The notes beneath the pieces are model-generated. The model did not search any database, was not told the DNA's origin, and saw nothing but the letters and a program-made list of their open reading frames with translations. The position numbers were made by a program, and so were the translations under genes. From Halarcobacter sp. (GTDB lineage Bacteria > Campylobacterota > Campylobacteria > Campylobacterales > Arcobacteraceae): a DNA stretch of 64,000 nt. Within the stretch, counting starts at the first letter, position 1; every line of letters begins with the position of its first letter. The stretch lies in contig CP182352.1 in the NCBI GenBank assembly GCA_048571215.1, positions 1,344,001-1,408,000 of the forward strand. The letters are read 5' to 3'. Shown here in pieces: positions 9,772-19,672 of this stretch.

Positions 9772-11808
9772 CTAAAACTCAATATCCTCTTCTTGAAACT
9801 TAAGTAAGTTATCATAATTTAAAGGTTTAGATAAATAATATCCTTGTACAAAATCTACTTTTAACTCTTTGACTTTTTCATAAGTAGGCTTATCTGCTAC
9901 AAACTCAGCAACTGTTTTTATATTTAACTCTTTTGTAAAGTATATAATAGATTCTAAAATAGATTGTTTTGTAAAATCATTTGAAACATCTTTGATTAGG
10001 GAACCATCGATTTTAAGAATATCAATATCTAGGGATATTAAATATGCAAAGTTTGAATACCCTGTTCCAAAATCATCTATAGCTATTTTTATGCCATTTG
10101 ATTTAAGTTTTTCAATAACTTCAATAGTGTAGTTATAGTTATCAATACCTTCTGATTCTAAAATTTCAACAATAATTCTTCCACCTAGATCATATTGTTT
10201 AACCATAAAGATTAAATACTCTACCGTTTCAATATTATAAAAATCCTCTATAGAGAAGTTAATACTAAATTTTCCCTTTAATTTATTAAATGTTTCACAG
10301 GCAATGGTGATTACTCTTTTGGTTATGTCATGGTAAACTCTTGACCTTTTTGCGACAGTTAAGAACTCAAAAGGTGATACAATAGTTCCATCATCATCTA
10401 TATATCGTACTAAACATTCATATTTTTTGACTTTTTTCTCTTCTACACTAACTATTGGCTGATAAAATACTGTTATTCTATTGTCAGCTAATGCCTCTTT
10501 TAATTTTTTATTCCATCTAAAATTATGCTCATAGATTGCTTGTTGGTCAATATTTTCTGAGTAGATTTCATATAATGATGAATTTTTTCGTGATTGATTC
10601 ATTGCAGTTTCTGCTAATGCTATAATTGTATTTTTTTCAGTATTATTTGAAATAGCTACACCATATGATAAATCTATATCATAATTTATAGAATTAAAAC
10701 TAAAAGGTTTCTCATTTATTGTTTTTTTTAGTTTATTTATTACCTCTTCATATACCTCTTTTTCCACATGTTCATAAAATAGTATTGCATATTCATCCGA
10801 TGAAATTCTATAATATTTTGCATTGTACTTTTCTGCAATATCTTTTATTGTATTTGCTATGTAGATTAAAACTTGGTCACCAAAATAAAATCCAAATAGA
10901 TTATTTATCTCTTGAAAATTATCAATATCAATTAGAATTAAAACTGGTTTATTTATATTTATAATATCTGATTTTAACTTTAATCTATTTGGTATATTTG
11001 TTAAAATATCTGTAACAATTTGATTTTGAAGAAGTTTTTTATTTAAAATAAGTTCAGTTACATCATTTTTTATAGAAATAAACTCAATAATATCACCATT
11101 ATCATCAACAATTGGTGAAATAGTAGTCTCAACATAAAATATTTTTCCTGATTTATCTCTACTTTTTATAGTTCCTTGCCAAATCTTTTTATCTAATATT
11201 GTTTTCCATAATCTTTTGAAAAAAGATTTTGGCATACTTGGATGTCTAACAATATTGTGATTTTTACCAATTAACTCCTCTTTTGTATATCCACAAAGTT
11301 CTGCAAATTTCTCATTAACATAAGTTATTTTCCCACTTTTATCAGTTTTAGTAACATGATTACTTTTATCTACTATCTCTTTATATTCTTGTAATAATCT
11401 ATTTTTTTCTAGAAACATTTTCTCTAATTGAATTTTTTCTGAAATTCTTTCTATTGTTGAGATTAATTCATCTATATCAATTGGTTTTATAACAAATTTT
11501 TCTATTTTTAATTTAATTGCTTCTTGGAAATATTTTGGTTCACTAAAGGCAGATGCAACAATAATAGGTATGTTAGTACACACTGTTCTAATCTTATCAA
11601 CCATTTCTAAACCATTCATTTGAGGCATTTTTATATCTGTTATTACTAAATCTGGTTTTATCTCTTCAATTTTTTTTAAAGCTTCGATAGGACTAGAAAA
11701 AGAGTATAAATATTTAACTTCTCTTTTTAATATCCTTTCTAATCTATTTAATAAAATTTCATCATCTTCAACAAGTAAAAGTTTCAAATCTATCATATAA
11801 ATATCCAT
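9772..11808 (-). CDS. Response regulator REC-PAS-GGDEF(degenerate)-EAL, probable c-di-GMP phosphodiesterase
   Basis: VEDD/TDIKMP receiver, PAS with NHNIVRHP, GGDEF replaced by SSDEY, ECLVR and DDFGTGYSN EAL motifs. Confidence 0.88.
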   Translation of the reverse strand: MDIYMIDLKLLLVEDDEILLNRLERILKREVKYLYSFSSPIEALKKIEEIKPDLVITDIKMPQMNGLEMVDKIRTVCTNIPIIVASAFSEPKYFQEAIKLKIEKFVIKPIDIDELISTIERISEKIQLEKMFLEKNRLLQEYKEIVDKSNHVTKTDKSGKITYVNEKFAELCGYTKEELIGKNHNIVRHPSMPKSFFKRLWKTILDKKIWQGTIKSRDKSGKIFYVETTISPIVDDNGDIIEFISIKNDVTELILNKKLLQNQIVTDILTNIPNRLKLKSDIININKPVLILIDIDNFQEINNLFGFYFGDQVLIYIANTIKDIAEKYNAKYYRISSDEYAILFYEHVEKEVYEEVINKLKKTINEKPFSFNSINYDIDLSYGVAISNNTEKNTIIALAETAMNQSRKNSSLYEIYSENIDQQAIYEHNFRWNKKLKEALADNRITVFYQPIVSVEEKKVKKYECLVRYIDDDGTIVSPFEFLTVAKRSRVYHDITKRVITIACETFNKLKGKFSINFSIEDFYNIETVEYLIFMVKQYDLGGRIIVEILESEGIDNYNYTIEVIEKLKSNGIKIAIDDFGTGYSNFAYLISLDIDILKIDGSLIKDVSNDFTKQSILESIIYFTKELNIKTVAEFVADKPTYEKVKELKVDFVQGYYLSKPLNYDNLLKFQEEDIEF

Positions 11809-11943
11809 ATTTTATAAGTTTCTTAATGATATTTAAACAAATATAAATATAAGTTGAAACTACTATTTTAGTTATTAATAATAATTAAAAATAAGATATA
11901 ACTTATAATATTATGGTATAATAAAAAAAACATTGGAGTTATC

Positions 11944-12591
11944 ATGATCGTAAATAACTATTCAACTAAAGAGGGTCTTACTAGCGTTTTATCAAATGAA
12001 AATATTCAAACAAAAGAGGAAACTTCTAAGAGTTTTTCTGATGAATTAACACAATCAAATAATACAAAATCAAATCAAGAAGAAGCTCCTAAAATAGAAA
12101 AAAAAGATGATGAGCCAGATTTGTGGGCAATGTTTGAGGATATAAAATCTTTAATGAAGACAGGGGCAACAGTAGAAGAGTTAAAAGCTATGGAAGATAT
12201 GATAAAAGAGATTTTTAAAAATTTACAAAAAGATCCACCAAGTGCGGAAGATATTAAAAATGCTGAAAATTTATTAGATAGATTAGAACAAATGATTATG
12301 GAGCTTAAAAAGAGAATGACTGGAGTAGCTATAAAAGAAGAAAATGGTGATGGTTTGGTTACAAGTCCAACAAAAGAATCTTTATCTATTACCTTATCAT
12401 CTGGTGAGAGTTTTAAACTTGAAAACCTAAATACGAAATTTGGTCCAACACTTATTAATAGAATAAATAATGCGATTGAAGGGTTTAAAGATATAAGAGA
12501 TTCTAAAGAAAAGATTGCTAATACAACGGTGGCATCTTCTTCTAAAGAAGAATTAGAACTTATAACTCAGTTGAAAAAGTTTCAAAAATAG
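11944..12591 (+). CDS. Hypothetical protein, paralog A of a tandem pair
   Basis: GGAG RBS; shares LWAMFEDIKSLMKTG, ELKKRxTGxAIK and EELEL..LKKxQK with the next ORF. Confidence 0.75.
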   Translation: MIVNNYSTKEGLTSVLSNENIQTKEETSKSFSDELTQSNNTKSNQEEAPKIEKKDDEPDLWAMFEDIKSLMKTGATVEELKAMEDMIKEIFKNLQKDPPSAEDIKNAENLLDRLEQMIMELKKRMTGVAIKEENGDGLVTSPTKESLSITLSSGESFKLENLNTKFGPTLINRINNAIEGFKDIRDSKEKIANTTVASSSKEELELITQLKKFQK

Positions 12592-12622
12592 TTTAATTTA
12601 ATTTGCAATATAAGGATTTAAG

Positions 12623-13264
12623 ATGACAATTTTAAATGATTTATACGATAAAAAGCCACAAACAAGCCATTATTATACTAATAATAATCAAACAATAGAA
12701 GAGAATAAAATAACTTTTTCTGAAGAGTTAGAACAATCAAACCATTCATCACAAAATAAATTAGAAGGTGAAGATAACTATGAGGAACGCTTATGGGCAA
12801 TGTTTGAGGATATAAAATCTTTGATGAAAACGGGCTTTAAAAAAGATGAATTAGAAGAGATTGAAAAAATAATAAAAGCTTTAATAAAATCTATAAGTGA
12901 AAATCATCCAAACTATAGTATGAAAAAAATATATGATATGGTAGAAAGTATGCTTATTGAATTAAAAAAGAGAATAACTGGGATTGCTATAAAAGATGGG
13001 GATAAAGTAAATGATGCAAATAATAATACCTCTGATATTACTGCAACTAAATTATCTAAAAACTCTGAAATAGATGTTGAAAGTGCTAGTCTTGATATAA
13101 TTACATCACTAATAAAAGATAAATTAAAAAATATTACAGCTTCAGAATTTGTAAAAAAAGATAATAAAGATGAAGAGGCTAAAAATATAAAATTAGATAA
13201 AAATAATTTGTATTCTAGCGAAGAATTAGAACTTGTAGAATTACTTAAAAAAGCTCAAAAATAG
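12623..13264 (+). CDS. Hypothetical protein, paralog B of a tandem pair
   Basis: AAGGA RBS; same three conserved blocks as the previous ORF. Confidence 0.75.
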   Translation: MTILNDLYDKKPQTSHYYTNNNQTIEENKITFSEELEQSNHSSQNKLEGEDNYEERLWAMFEDIKSLMKTGFKKDELEEIEKIIKALIKSISENHPNYSMKKIYDMVESMLIELKKRITGIAIKDGDKVNDANNNTSDITATKLSKNSEIDVESASLDIITSLIKDKLKNITASEFVKKDNKDEEAKNIKLDKNNLYSSEELELVELLKKAQK

Positions 13265-13282
13265 AAGAGTTTTAGCTCTCCT

Positions 13283-15373
13283 CTATTTTCTTTTCCAGAT
13301 ACTCATCTGTGATACTGAGTGTTGATATTTTCTACTTGTCTCTTTGATTACAAAAGGAACATCTAATAATTCAACAAGTTCAAATTTATCCTCTAAGTTT
13401 GCTTTTAAGGTATCTAAGGTTTTTACCTCTTTATTATCTCTTAAAAAACCTCCAAGCCAATTTTCTTTTGGAGTATAATCTTCAAGCCAAGTATATGGAC
13501 TAAGTAGTACTAACATCCCATTTTCATTTACCCTATTTGGGATATCATCTAAGAATTTTTGTGGATAATATAATCTATCAATTAAATTTGAACAAAAAAT
13601 CAAATCATAACCTGTGTATAACTCTTTTAGATTACAAGCATCACCTTGCATAAAGGTAACTTTATCTTTTATATTTTCAAGACCAAAATCTTTCAAAGAG
13701 ATTATTTTCTCTTCAAATAACTCACCCTCTGTTGCCATTTTATACGTTAAACTATCATATTTTATAAGTTTTACTCCAACATTAATAAAATTAGCACTAA
13801 AATCTATACCTAAAACTTCATCAAACTCTTTTGCCAATTCAAAGGTACTTCTACCAACAGAACAACCTAGATCTAAAGCTTTAGTTTTTTTAACATCTTT
13901 TAAATATGGTTTTAAAACATCTATACTTTTTTTAGGAAAGTTTTCAACACCATAATATTCTGCTCCATAATGAAACTCACAATATTGTGAGATTTGTTCA
14001 TCTGTTTCATATACATTGTCATTAAGTTTTGTTCTATATTCATTATCACTTTTTACATACCTAAAACCTGCATGTTGAAAGAAATGTTTTCTAAAAGCAT
14101 ATCTAGCACTTCTTAATACTTCATTTCCTAAAGAGATAAAAGAACTACCTTTAATAAGAGCATGTCTATCATCAAAGGTTGGAGTCGTAAAATCATCATA
14201 GGCAGGATGGGTTTTAAAGCCATCAAAAGGGTATGTTGGGGTTATACTCCATTGCCAAATATTTCCTATAACATCATAAAAATCTCCCATTTTATATTTA
14301 TCAACTGGAGTTTGATTAAAATATTTTAGACCAATATTTGCCTCACAATCTTGAGCTTTTACAAAATCATTCAATCTATAATATTCATCTTCACTTGGAA
14401 GTCTTACTTCAAAACCTAATTTTTCACTTTTGTATTTACAAAAAGCTTCTGCCTCATACACATTTATATCTACTGGATAATTTAAAGGTAAAGGAACAAT
14501 TCTATTAATCTCCCTTAAAAAATATTTTTCATCTTTTTTTATCCAAAATGTTGGCAATTTTGCTTGGGTAAAATCTAACCATTTTAAACCATCTTTACTA
14601 AAATAGTGAGTTTTATTGTATCCACCATCTTTTACAAACTCTAAAAACTCTCCATTTGATACTAGATATTTACTAGCTTCAAAATCATTTATATATGCTT
14701 TGTGGTAAGCAAACTCATTATCCCAACCATAAAACTCAGGCTTATTGTAATCTTTTTCAAGAATAACCTCTCCACCTTTTACCTCACATAATTGATTTTT
14801 AGGATAAGAATCACTTCCTTCATTGTTGTATTCAAATAGTTCATCATCTATTAAAAACTCTTTATCTAACTCTCTTAAAAGTACAGATGATGTTTCTATA
14901 TGGATATTTTCATGTTCAATACCCATTAACACTATCCACATAGGTGATTCCCAGTTTATAGGCATAGTAAATTCTAGATTTTCAATCAAATCTAAAATAA
15001 TCTTTTTTACATCATCCCTATAAGCTTTTGTTTGTTCATATGTTGGCCAAACATAGTTTTCACTATTTAAATCATCCCAACTCATCTCATCAACACCTAT
15101 TGCAAATATTGATTCATGGGTCTTATTAACTCTTTTTGTTGTTATATTAGAAACATTTAGTTTATTCATAAAAAAAGTTGCGGTATGACCATAATAGAAA
15201 ATCAAAGGGTGTCTTAATTTATTTGGTTGTTCATATAGATTTTTTTTATCTTTTAATAAATCAAATAGTTTTTCATCAAGCTCATAAGTTTGTAAGAAAT
15301 ACCTTTTTATCTCTTCTCTTTTTTCTTCAACAGTTCCTTCACTTAAATTTATAGTATCTTTTATATAGTTCAT
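13283..15373 (-). CDS. ovoA: 5-histidylcysteine sulfoxide synthase/methyltransferase OvoA (ovothiol biosynthesis)
   Basis: DinB-like LRHPLIFYYGHTATF, GVDEMSWDD, iron motif HENIHIE, FGE-sulfatase YGWDNE and RYAFRKHFFQHAGFRY, C-terminal SAM methyltransferase DLGCSVGR/QGDACNL/NLIDRL. Confidence 0.92.
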   Translation of the reverse strand: MNYIKDTINLSEGTVEEKREEIKRYFLQTYELDEKLFDLLKDKKNLYEQPNKLRHPLIFYYGHTATFFMNKLNVSNITTKRVNKTHESIFAIGVDEMSWDDLNSENYVWPTYEQTKAYRDDVKKIILDLIENLEFTMPINWESPMWIVLMGIEHENIHIETSSVLLRELDKEFLIDDELFEYNNEGSDSYPKNQLCEVKGGEVILEKDYNKPEFYGWDNEFAYHKAYINDFEASKYLVSNGEFLEFVKDGGYNKTHYFSKDGLKWLDFTQAKLPTFWIKKDEKYFLREINRIVPLPLNYPVDINVYEAEAFCKYKSEKLGFEVRLPSEDEYYRLNDFVKAQDCEANIGLKYFNQTPVDKYKMGDFYDVIGNIWQWSITPTYPFDGFKTHPAYDDFTTPTFDDRHALIKGSSFISLGNEVLRSARYAFRKHFFQHAGFRYVKSDNEYRTKLNDNVYETDEQISQYCEFHYGAEYYGVENFPKKSIDVLKPYLKDVKKTKALDLGCSVGRSTFELAKEFDEVLGIDFSANFINVGVKLIKYDSLTYKMATEGELFEEKIISLKDFGLENIKDKVTFMQGDACNLKELYTGYDLIFCSNLIDRLYYPQKFLDDIPNRVNENGMLVLLSPYTWLEDYTPKENWLGGFLRDNKEVKTLDTLKANLEDKFELVELLDVPFVIKETSRKYQHSVSQMSIWKRK

Positions 15374-15453
15374 ATTTCCCTCTTTGAAATGATTTTATTA
15401 TTTTATAGATTTTCTTTCGCTATTTGTACGCATTTAAAATTAATTAATCATAT

Positions 15454-15933
15454 TTATATAATTTTTTCTTTTGTTAAAATTATACCATCAGTATCAGCAT
15501 ACAAATAATCACCTTCATTGAATTGTACTCCACAAAAAGAGAGTTCAATTGCCCTTTCTCCCTTTGTTTCAGGAATATACTTTCTAGGACAAGTCCCCCT
15601 TGCAAATAGTGCAACAGGGATATCTTTTATTTGATAAGTATCTCTTATATACCCATTTACTATAATCCCTTCATAGTTGTTTTTATGTGCAAATTTCATT
15701 AGATTTTCTCCTACAACTGCAAAATACTCATCTTCTACATCTACAACAACAATTTTTCCTGCTCCATCTTCATCTCTTAAAACTTTTATTAATTCACTAT
15801 TATTTCTATCCAATTTTACTGTAGTAACAATTCCTTGTACTTTTGTTTTTGCACCATAATTTTTAAATTCATTATCTAGTACATAAACTTTATCTGGATG
15901 GTTATCACAAATATCAGCTGTAAAAAAATCCAT
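15454..15933 (-). CDS. rraA: RraA family protein / putative 4-hydroxy-4-methyl-2-oxoglutarate aldolase
   Basis: TADICD, VVVD..AVVGE, GIIVNGYIRD, YADTDGI. Confidence 0.85.
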   Translation of the reverse strand: MDFFTADICDNHPDKVYVLDNEFKNYGAKTKVQGIVTTVKLDRNNSELIKVLRDEDGAGKIVVVDVEDEYFAVVGENLMKFAHKNNYEGIIVNGYIRDTYQIKDIPVALFARGTCPRKYIPETKGERAIELSFCGVQFNEGDYLYADTDGIILTKEKII

Positions 15934-16050
15934 TATATATCCTTAACTTTAATTCAGAGTATTATTATCTCAAAAGATAATTAATATAGACTTATCGTAT
16001 CACAATTTTTATACGAATTTTAGATAAAATTAAAATAAAAAGGTTATTTT

Positions 16051-17049
16051 GTGAAGTTTTATTTTCAAACTATTTTTTATATTTTTATTGCTTTACTATT
16101 TAATGCTTGTAGTTCAAAATATGTAACAATAAAAACCCTTCATCCCTCTTTAGTACAAAATGTAAAAATGAAAAATATTTTTATAGAAGATTTTACCAAT
16201 GATTACATCAATCAAGCTTATTATATTAAAGAGAGTTTAGTTAATCATAATATAGATAACAAAACTATATTCTCAATTAAAAATATTCATAATAACATCG
16301 ATTCAATTATCACAGGTAACGTAACTACCTCACTTGATATTGATGTTTATATTAAACAAAACCATGAGGATCTTATTTGTGAAAGATATATTTATGATAG
16401 AAAAGAGAAAACAAGAAGATGTATTAGTTTTGCCCCTAGAAATATATATTGTGAGAAATTAAATTATCAATTAACAACAAATATAGAAGTCTTAGACAAA
16501 AATCAAAGTACAAAGTTTGTAAAAACTTACACAAAAAATGCTTACGATGATAACTGTTATGAGAATAGAGTTTTTATATATTTTAATACAAATAGACCAA
16601 TAAATATAAATAGAAATGAAAAAAGAGTTTATAAAAAATTAGCAAAAAATATAGCAAATGAGTTTTTAACAGATGTATCAGCCCACTATGTTCTAAATAG
16701 AATTCCTCTAATAGATACATTAGATGATAGCTTGTTATATACAAGTGAAGATAAAAAAATCTATCAAACCTTGATTGAAAACATAGAAAAAGCAGACTAC
16801 AAATTCTCCTTGGAAACGTTGAAGAATTTAAATAAAAAGTATGGCTACCATAGCCATGAAATGCTATACACAATAGCAATACTTTATGAAAAAGAGAATT
16901 TAAACTTAAAAGCTATAAACTACTACAAAAAAGCCTTAGTTCAGTGTAAAAATAGTGATAATTGTAAACTAATCAATGATGCAATTATTCGTGTAAATAA
17001 AAATATGAAACTAAAAAGTGAAGCTATATTAGAGTTGATTGATAATTAA
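16051..17049 (+). CDS. Hypothetical lipoprotein with C-terminal TPR-like helices
   Basis: Lipobox LFNAC; TPR-like LYTIAILYEKE..KAINYYKKAL. Confidence 0.65.
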   Translation: MKFYFQTIFYIFIALLFNACSSKYVTIKTLHPSLVQNVKMKNIFIEDFTNDYINQAYYIKESLVNHNIDNKTIFSIKNIHNNIDSIITGNVTTSLDIDVYIKQNHEDLICERYIYDRKEKTRRCISFAPRNIYCEKLNYQLTTNIEVLDKNQSTKFVKTYTKNAYDDNCYENRVFIYFNTNRPININRNEKRVYKKLAKNIANEFLTDVSAHYVLNRIPLIDTLDDSLLYTSEDKKIYQTLIENIEKADYKFSLETLKNLNKKYGYHSHEMLYTIAILYEKENLNLKAINYYKKALVQCKNSDNCKLINDAIIRVNKNMKLKSEAILELIDN

Positions 17050-17738
17050 AACCAATCTTTTATAGCTTCTGATACTACTAGTTGTTTCTCTAAAGGTAAC
17101 ATATGAGAAGTGGAGTTAATCTTTAAAAACTTTGACTTTTTCAAATTTTGTTCTAGGTAGTTTAAATTATCAATATCAAGTAGTTTATCATTAATCGAAT
17201 AGATAAAAAACATAGGAATATCAGTTTTTAATAACAAATTTGATAGATCTCTTCTATGTAAACTAACTTTTAATTGATCAAAAAGTGTATCTTCTCCCAA
17301 TGAAATATACATATCTTGAATAGTATCAATCAATTTTTTATTATCTATATTTTTTTCATCAAGCATTGAATTTATAGCTTTTTTACTTAATTTATTAAAT
17401 CCAAATTTTTTTATAAACTCTAAACCCAATTCTCTTTTTTTTATCTCATCTTTACTTAAGCAAGAACAAGATGAGGAGATAATCATAAGTTTATTTATAT
17501 TATTTGGATATTTAAAACCATAATAACTAGCAAAATAACCTCCTAAAGAGAAACCTAGTATATTTGCTTTTTTATCAGTTATTTTTTGATGTAGTGCATC
17601 TACTACATAGTCTATATTTTGTTTATTAGGGATATTTAAATGTATAAGCTCATAATTATGTTCCAATAAAGGGATTAGTTTTTTCCAAAGCATTTCATTG
17701 CACATAAAACCTGGTAGCATATAGATTCTTTTTTTCAT
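17046..17738 (-). CDS. Alpha/beta fold hydrolase
   Basis: LPGFMC oxyanion loop, nucleophile elbow GFSLGG, C-terminal SHMLPLE. Confidence 0.85.
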   Translation of the reverse strand: MKKRIYMLPGFMCNEMLWKKLIPLLEHNYELIHLNIPNKQNIDYVVDALHQKITDKKANILGFSLGGYFASYYGFKYPNNINKLMIISSSCSCLSKDEIKKRELGLEFIKKFGFNKLSKKAINSMLDEKNIDNKKLIDTIQDMYISLGEDTLFDQLKVSLHRRDLSNLLLKTDIPMFFIYSINDKLLDIDNLNYLEQNLKKSKFLKINSTSHMLPLEKQLVVSEAIKDWF

Positions 17739-17896
17739 TTCTTATTGTATCAAATAAATATTATAAGATAAAATAAAAGAGAGTTTAATTATATTTTATT
17801 TAAACTCTCTACTCTTTCAAACTTTGTTCTAATCAAAGTTTTACAAATTTTTAGCTATCCTTATGCCCTTTATAACAATTGAAAATAGGTAAATAT

Positions 17897-18307
17897 ATGA
17901 AAGTAGTAACGGGCGTTGTGGGTAATGATATCCATGTAGTAGCAAACAGACTTATAGAACTTTCACTTCAAGCTAGAGGATTTGAGGTATTTAACTTAGG
18001 AGTTAATACATATCTTGAAGAGTTTATTGATGCAGTGATTGAAACAAATGCAGATATTTTATTAATCTCATCATTAAATGGCGAAGCTGAAGGATGGTGT
18101 CGTGAGGTAAAGATACTAAAAAGTAAATATGGTAATTTACTTGATGATGTGGTCTTTATGATTGGTGGAAACTTGGTGGTAGGAACAGGTAATGCTGAAG
18201 AGATTGTTCCAAAATTTAAGAACTATGGATTTGATTTAGTTTTTCATCAAGTTGATTTAAATACAGGTCTTGATGAATTGGAAAAATTTATGGAAGGTAG
18301 ACAATAA
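17897..18307 (+). CDS. glmS: Glutamate (methylaspartate) mutase sigma subunit, B12-binding
   Basis: GNDIHVVAN (DxHxxG-type cobalamin His ligand, Gly replaced by Ala), SSLNG, IGGNLVVG; ATG at 17897 follows an AGGT RBS. The symbol refers to the mutase subunit, not glucosamine synthase. Confidence 0.88.
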   Translation: MKVVTGVVGNDIHVVANRLIELSLQARGFEVFNLGVNTYLEEFIDAVIETNADILLISSLNGEAEGWCREVKILKSKYGNLLDDVVFMIGGNLVVGTGNAEEIVPKFKNYGFDLVFHQVDLNTGLDELEKFMEGRQ

Positions 18308-19672
18308 ATGAGCTTACTGCAAGAAGAACGAAATATTATTTTAAGTAATGAGTATATAGAAAATTTTGATTTTGCAGAAGTTGAAGAGTTTGTTAAAAAT
18401 GCTTCAAAAGATCTATTTATCTCTCATAATTTCAAAAATTCTAATAAAATGTTGGTTCAACCAAGGGGTGGATTTCCTACATATAATAAGATGTTCGCAC
18501 TTTATGAATTTTTTGATAAAGCAAATGTAGATGTATTGCCTTGTACTATTGACTCAAATACAAGATTAAATGACTATGCAACTGCTAAAAAAATGTTAAG
18601 ACTTAGTGAAGAGAATGAAGTTGATATGTTAAATGGTTATCCTTTGGTAAACCATGGATATAGAACAACTAGAAAAATGATGACACATTTTAATAAACCT
18701 ATTTCACTAAGACATGGAACACCTGATGCAAGACTTTTAATAGAAACTGCAATAGCTTCTGGTATCTTTGAGATAGAAGGTGGACCAATAACATATTTAC
18801 TACCCTATTCTAAAAATTTTCCATTAGATAAAGCCTTTTTATATTGGAAGTATGTTGAGAGAGTTTGCGCAAATTATTCAAAACTAAATGAACCTATTAA
18901 TAGAGAATCATTTGGTCCTTTAACTGCAACACTAGTTCCACCATGTATCACAATTGTGATTCAACTTTTAGAGATGTTATTATCACTTGAGGAGGGAGTT
19001 AAATCTTTTTCTGTTTCTTTTTCTCAAAGTGGTTCAGTAAATCAAGATATAGTTATGGGTGCTGTTATTAAAAAACTTGCAAAATTTTATGCAAATGAGA
19101 TTAACTGTGGGGATGCAGCTATTCATTTAGTGTATCATCAATGGATGGGAGCTTTCCCAGAAGACCAAAATTTTGCAACTCAATTAATTAGTATGAGTAC
19201 AGTTATAGCTTCGATGGTTGGTGCTGATAAGATTATCACTAAAACTAAAGAAGAAGCTTCAGGAATTCCAACAAAAGAAGCAAATGCAGAAACAGTTGCA
19301 AACACTCAATATCTTCTTAGAATCCTAAATGGTTTACCAAATATTGTAGATAAAGAGGAAGAGGAGATTTTAACTGCTGAGGTTATGGCTATTATGGAAG
19401 CTGTATTTAATGATAGTGCAGACACTTTATGGAGAAAAGTATTTAATTCTATTAAAAATGGAATTATAGATGTTCCATTCTCTCCACATATTATAAATCA
19501 TAACAATATGATTACAATCAGAGATAAAAATAAAAATATTAGAATTATAGATAGAGGAAAAGTTCCAATCCCTGATAGATGTTTTGAATATGAAAAAGCA
19601 CAATGTGATTTAAAAAAAGATACAACCTCTATAGTAAATGATATTATCCATGATATAGGAATTATGCAATGA
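18308..19672 (+). CDS. glmE: Glutamate (methylaspartate) mutase epsilon subunit
   Basis: QPRGG, TIDSNTRLN, LNGYP, RHGTPD, EGGPITY..PY, INRESFGPLTATLVPP, HQWMGAFP, EASGIPT match the GlmE arginine claw and catalytic Glu motifs. Confidence 0.92.
   Translation: MSLLQEERNIILSNEYIENFDFAEVEEFVKNASKDLFISHNFKNSNKMLVQPRGGFPTYNKMFALYEFFDKANVDVLPCTIDSNTRLNDYATAKKMLRLSEENEVDMLNGYPLVNHGYRTTRKMMTHFNKPISLRHGTPDARLLIETAIASGIFEIEGGPITYLLPYSKNFPLDKAFLYWKYVERVCANYSKLNEPINRESFGPLTATLVPPCITIVIQLLEMLLSLEEGVKSFSVSFSQSGSVNQDIVMGAVIKKLAKFYANEINCGDAAIHLVYHQWMGAFPEDQNFATQLISMSTVIASMVGADKIITKTKEEASGIPTKEANAETVANTQYLLRILNGLPNIVDKEEEEILTAEVMAIMEAVFNDSADTLWRKVFNSIKNGIIDVPFSPHIINHNNMITIRDKNKNIRIIDRGKVPIPDRCFEYEKAQCDLKKDTTSIVNDIIHDIGIMQ

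Noticed and set aside
13283..15373. Ergothioneine EgtB or ovoselenol OvsA
   Set aside because: The fused C-terminal methyltransferase and GVDEMSWDD motif fit OvoA; no selenophosphate synthetase or egtD nearby
17739..17896. Cobalamin riboswitch upstream of the B12-dependent mutase
   Set aside because: Region is short and AT-rich, and lacks B12-box sequences such as GGGAA..GCCACTG
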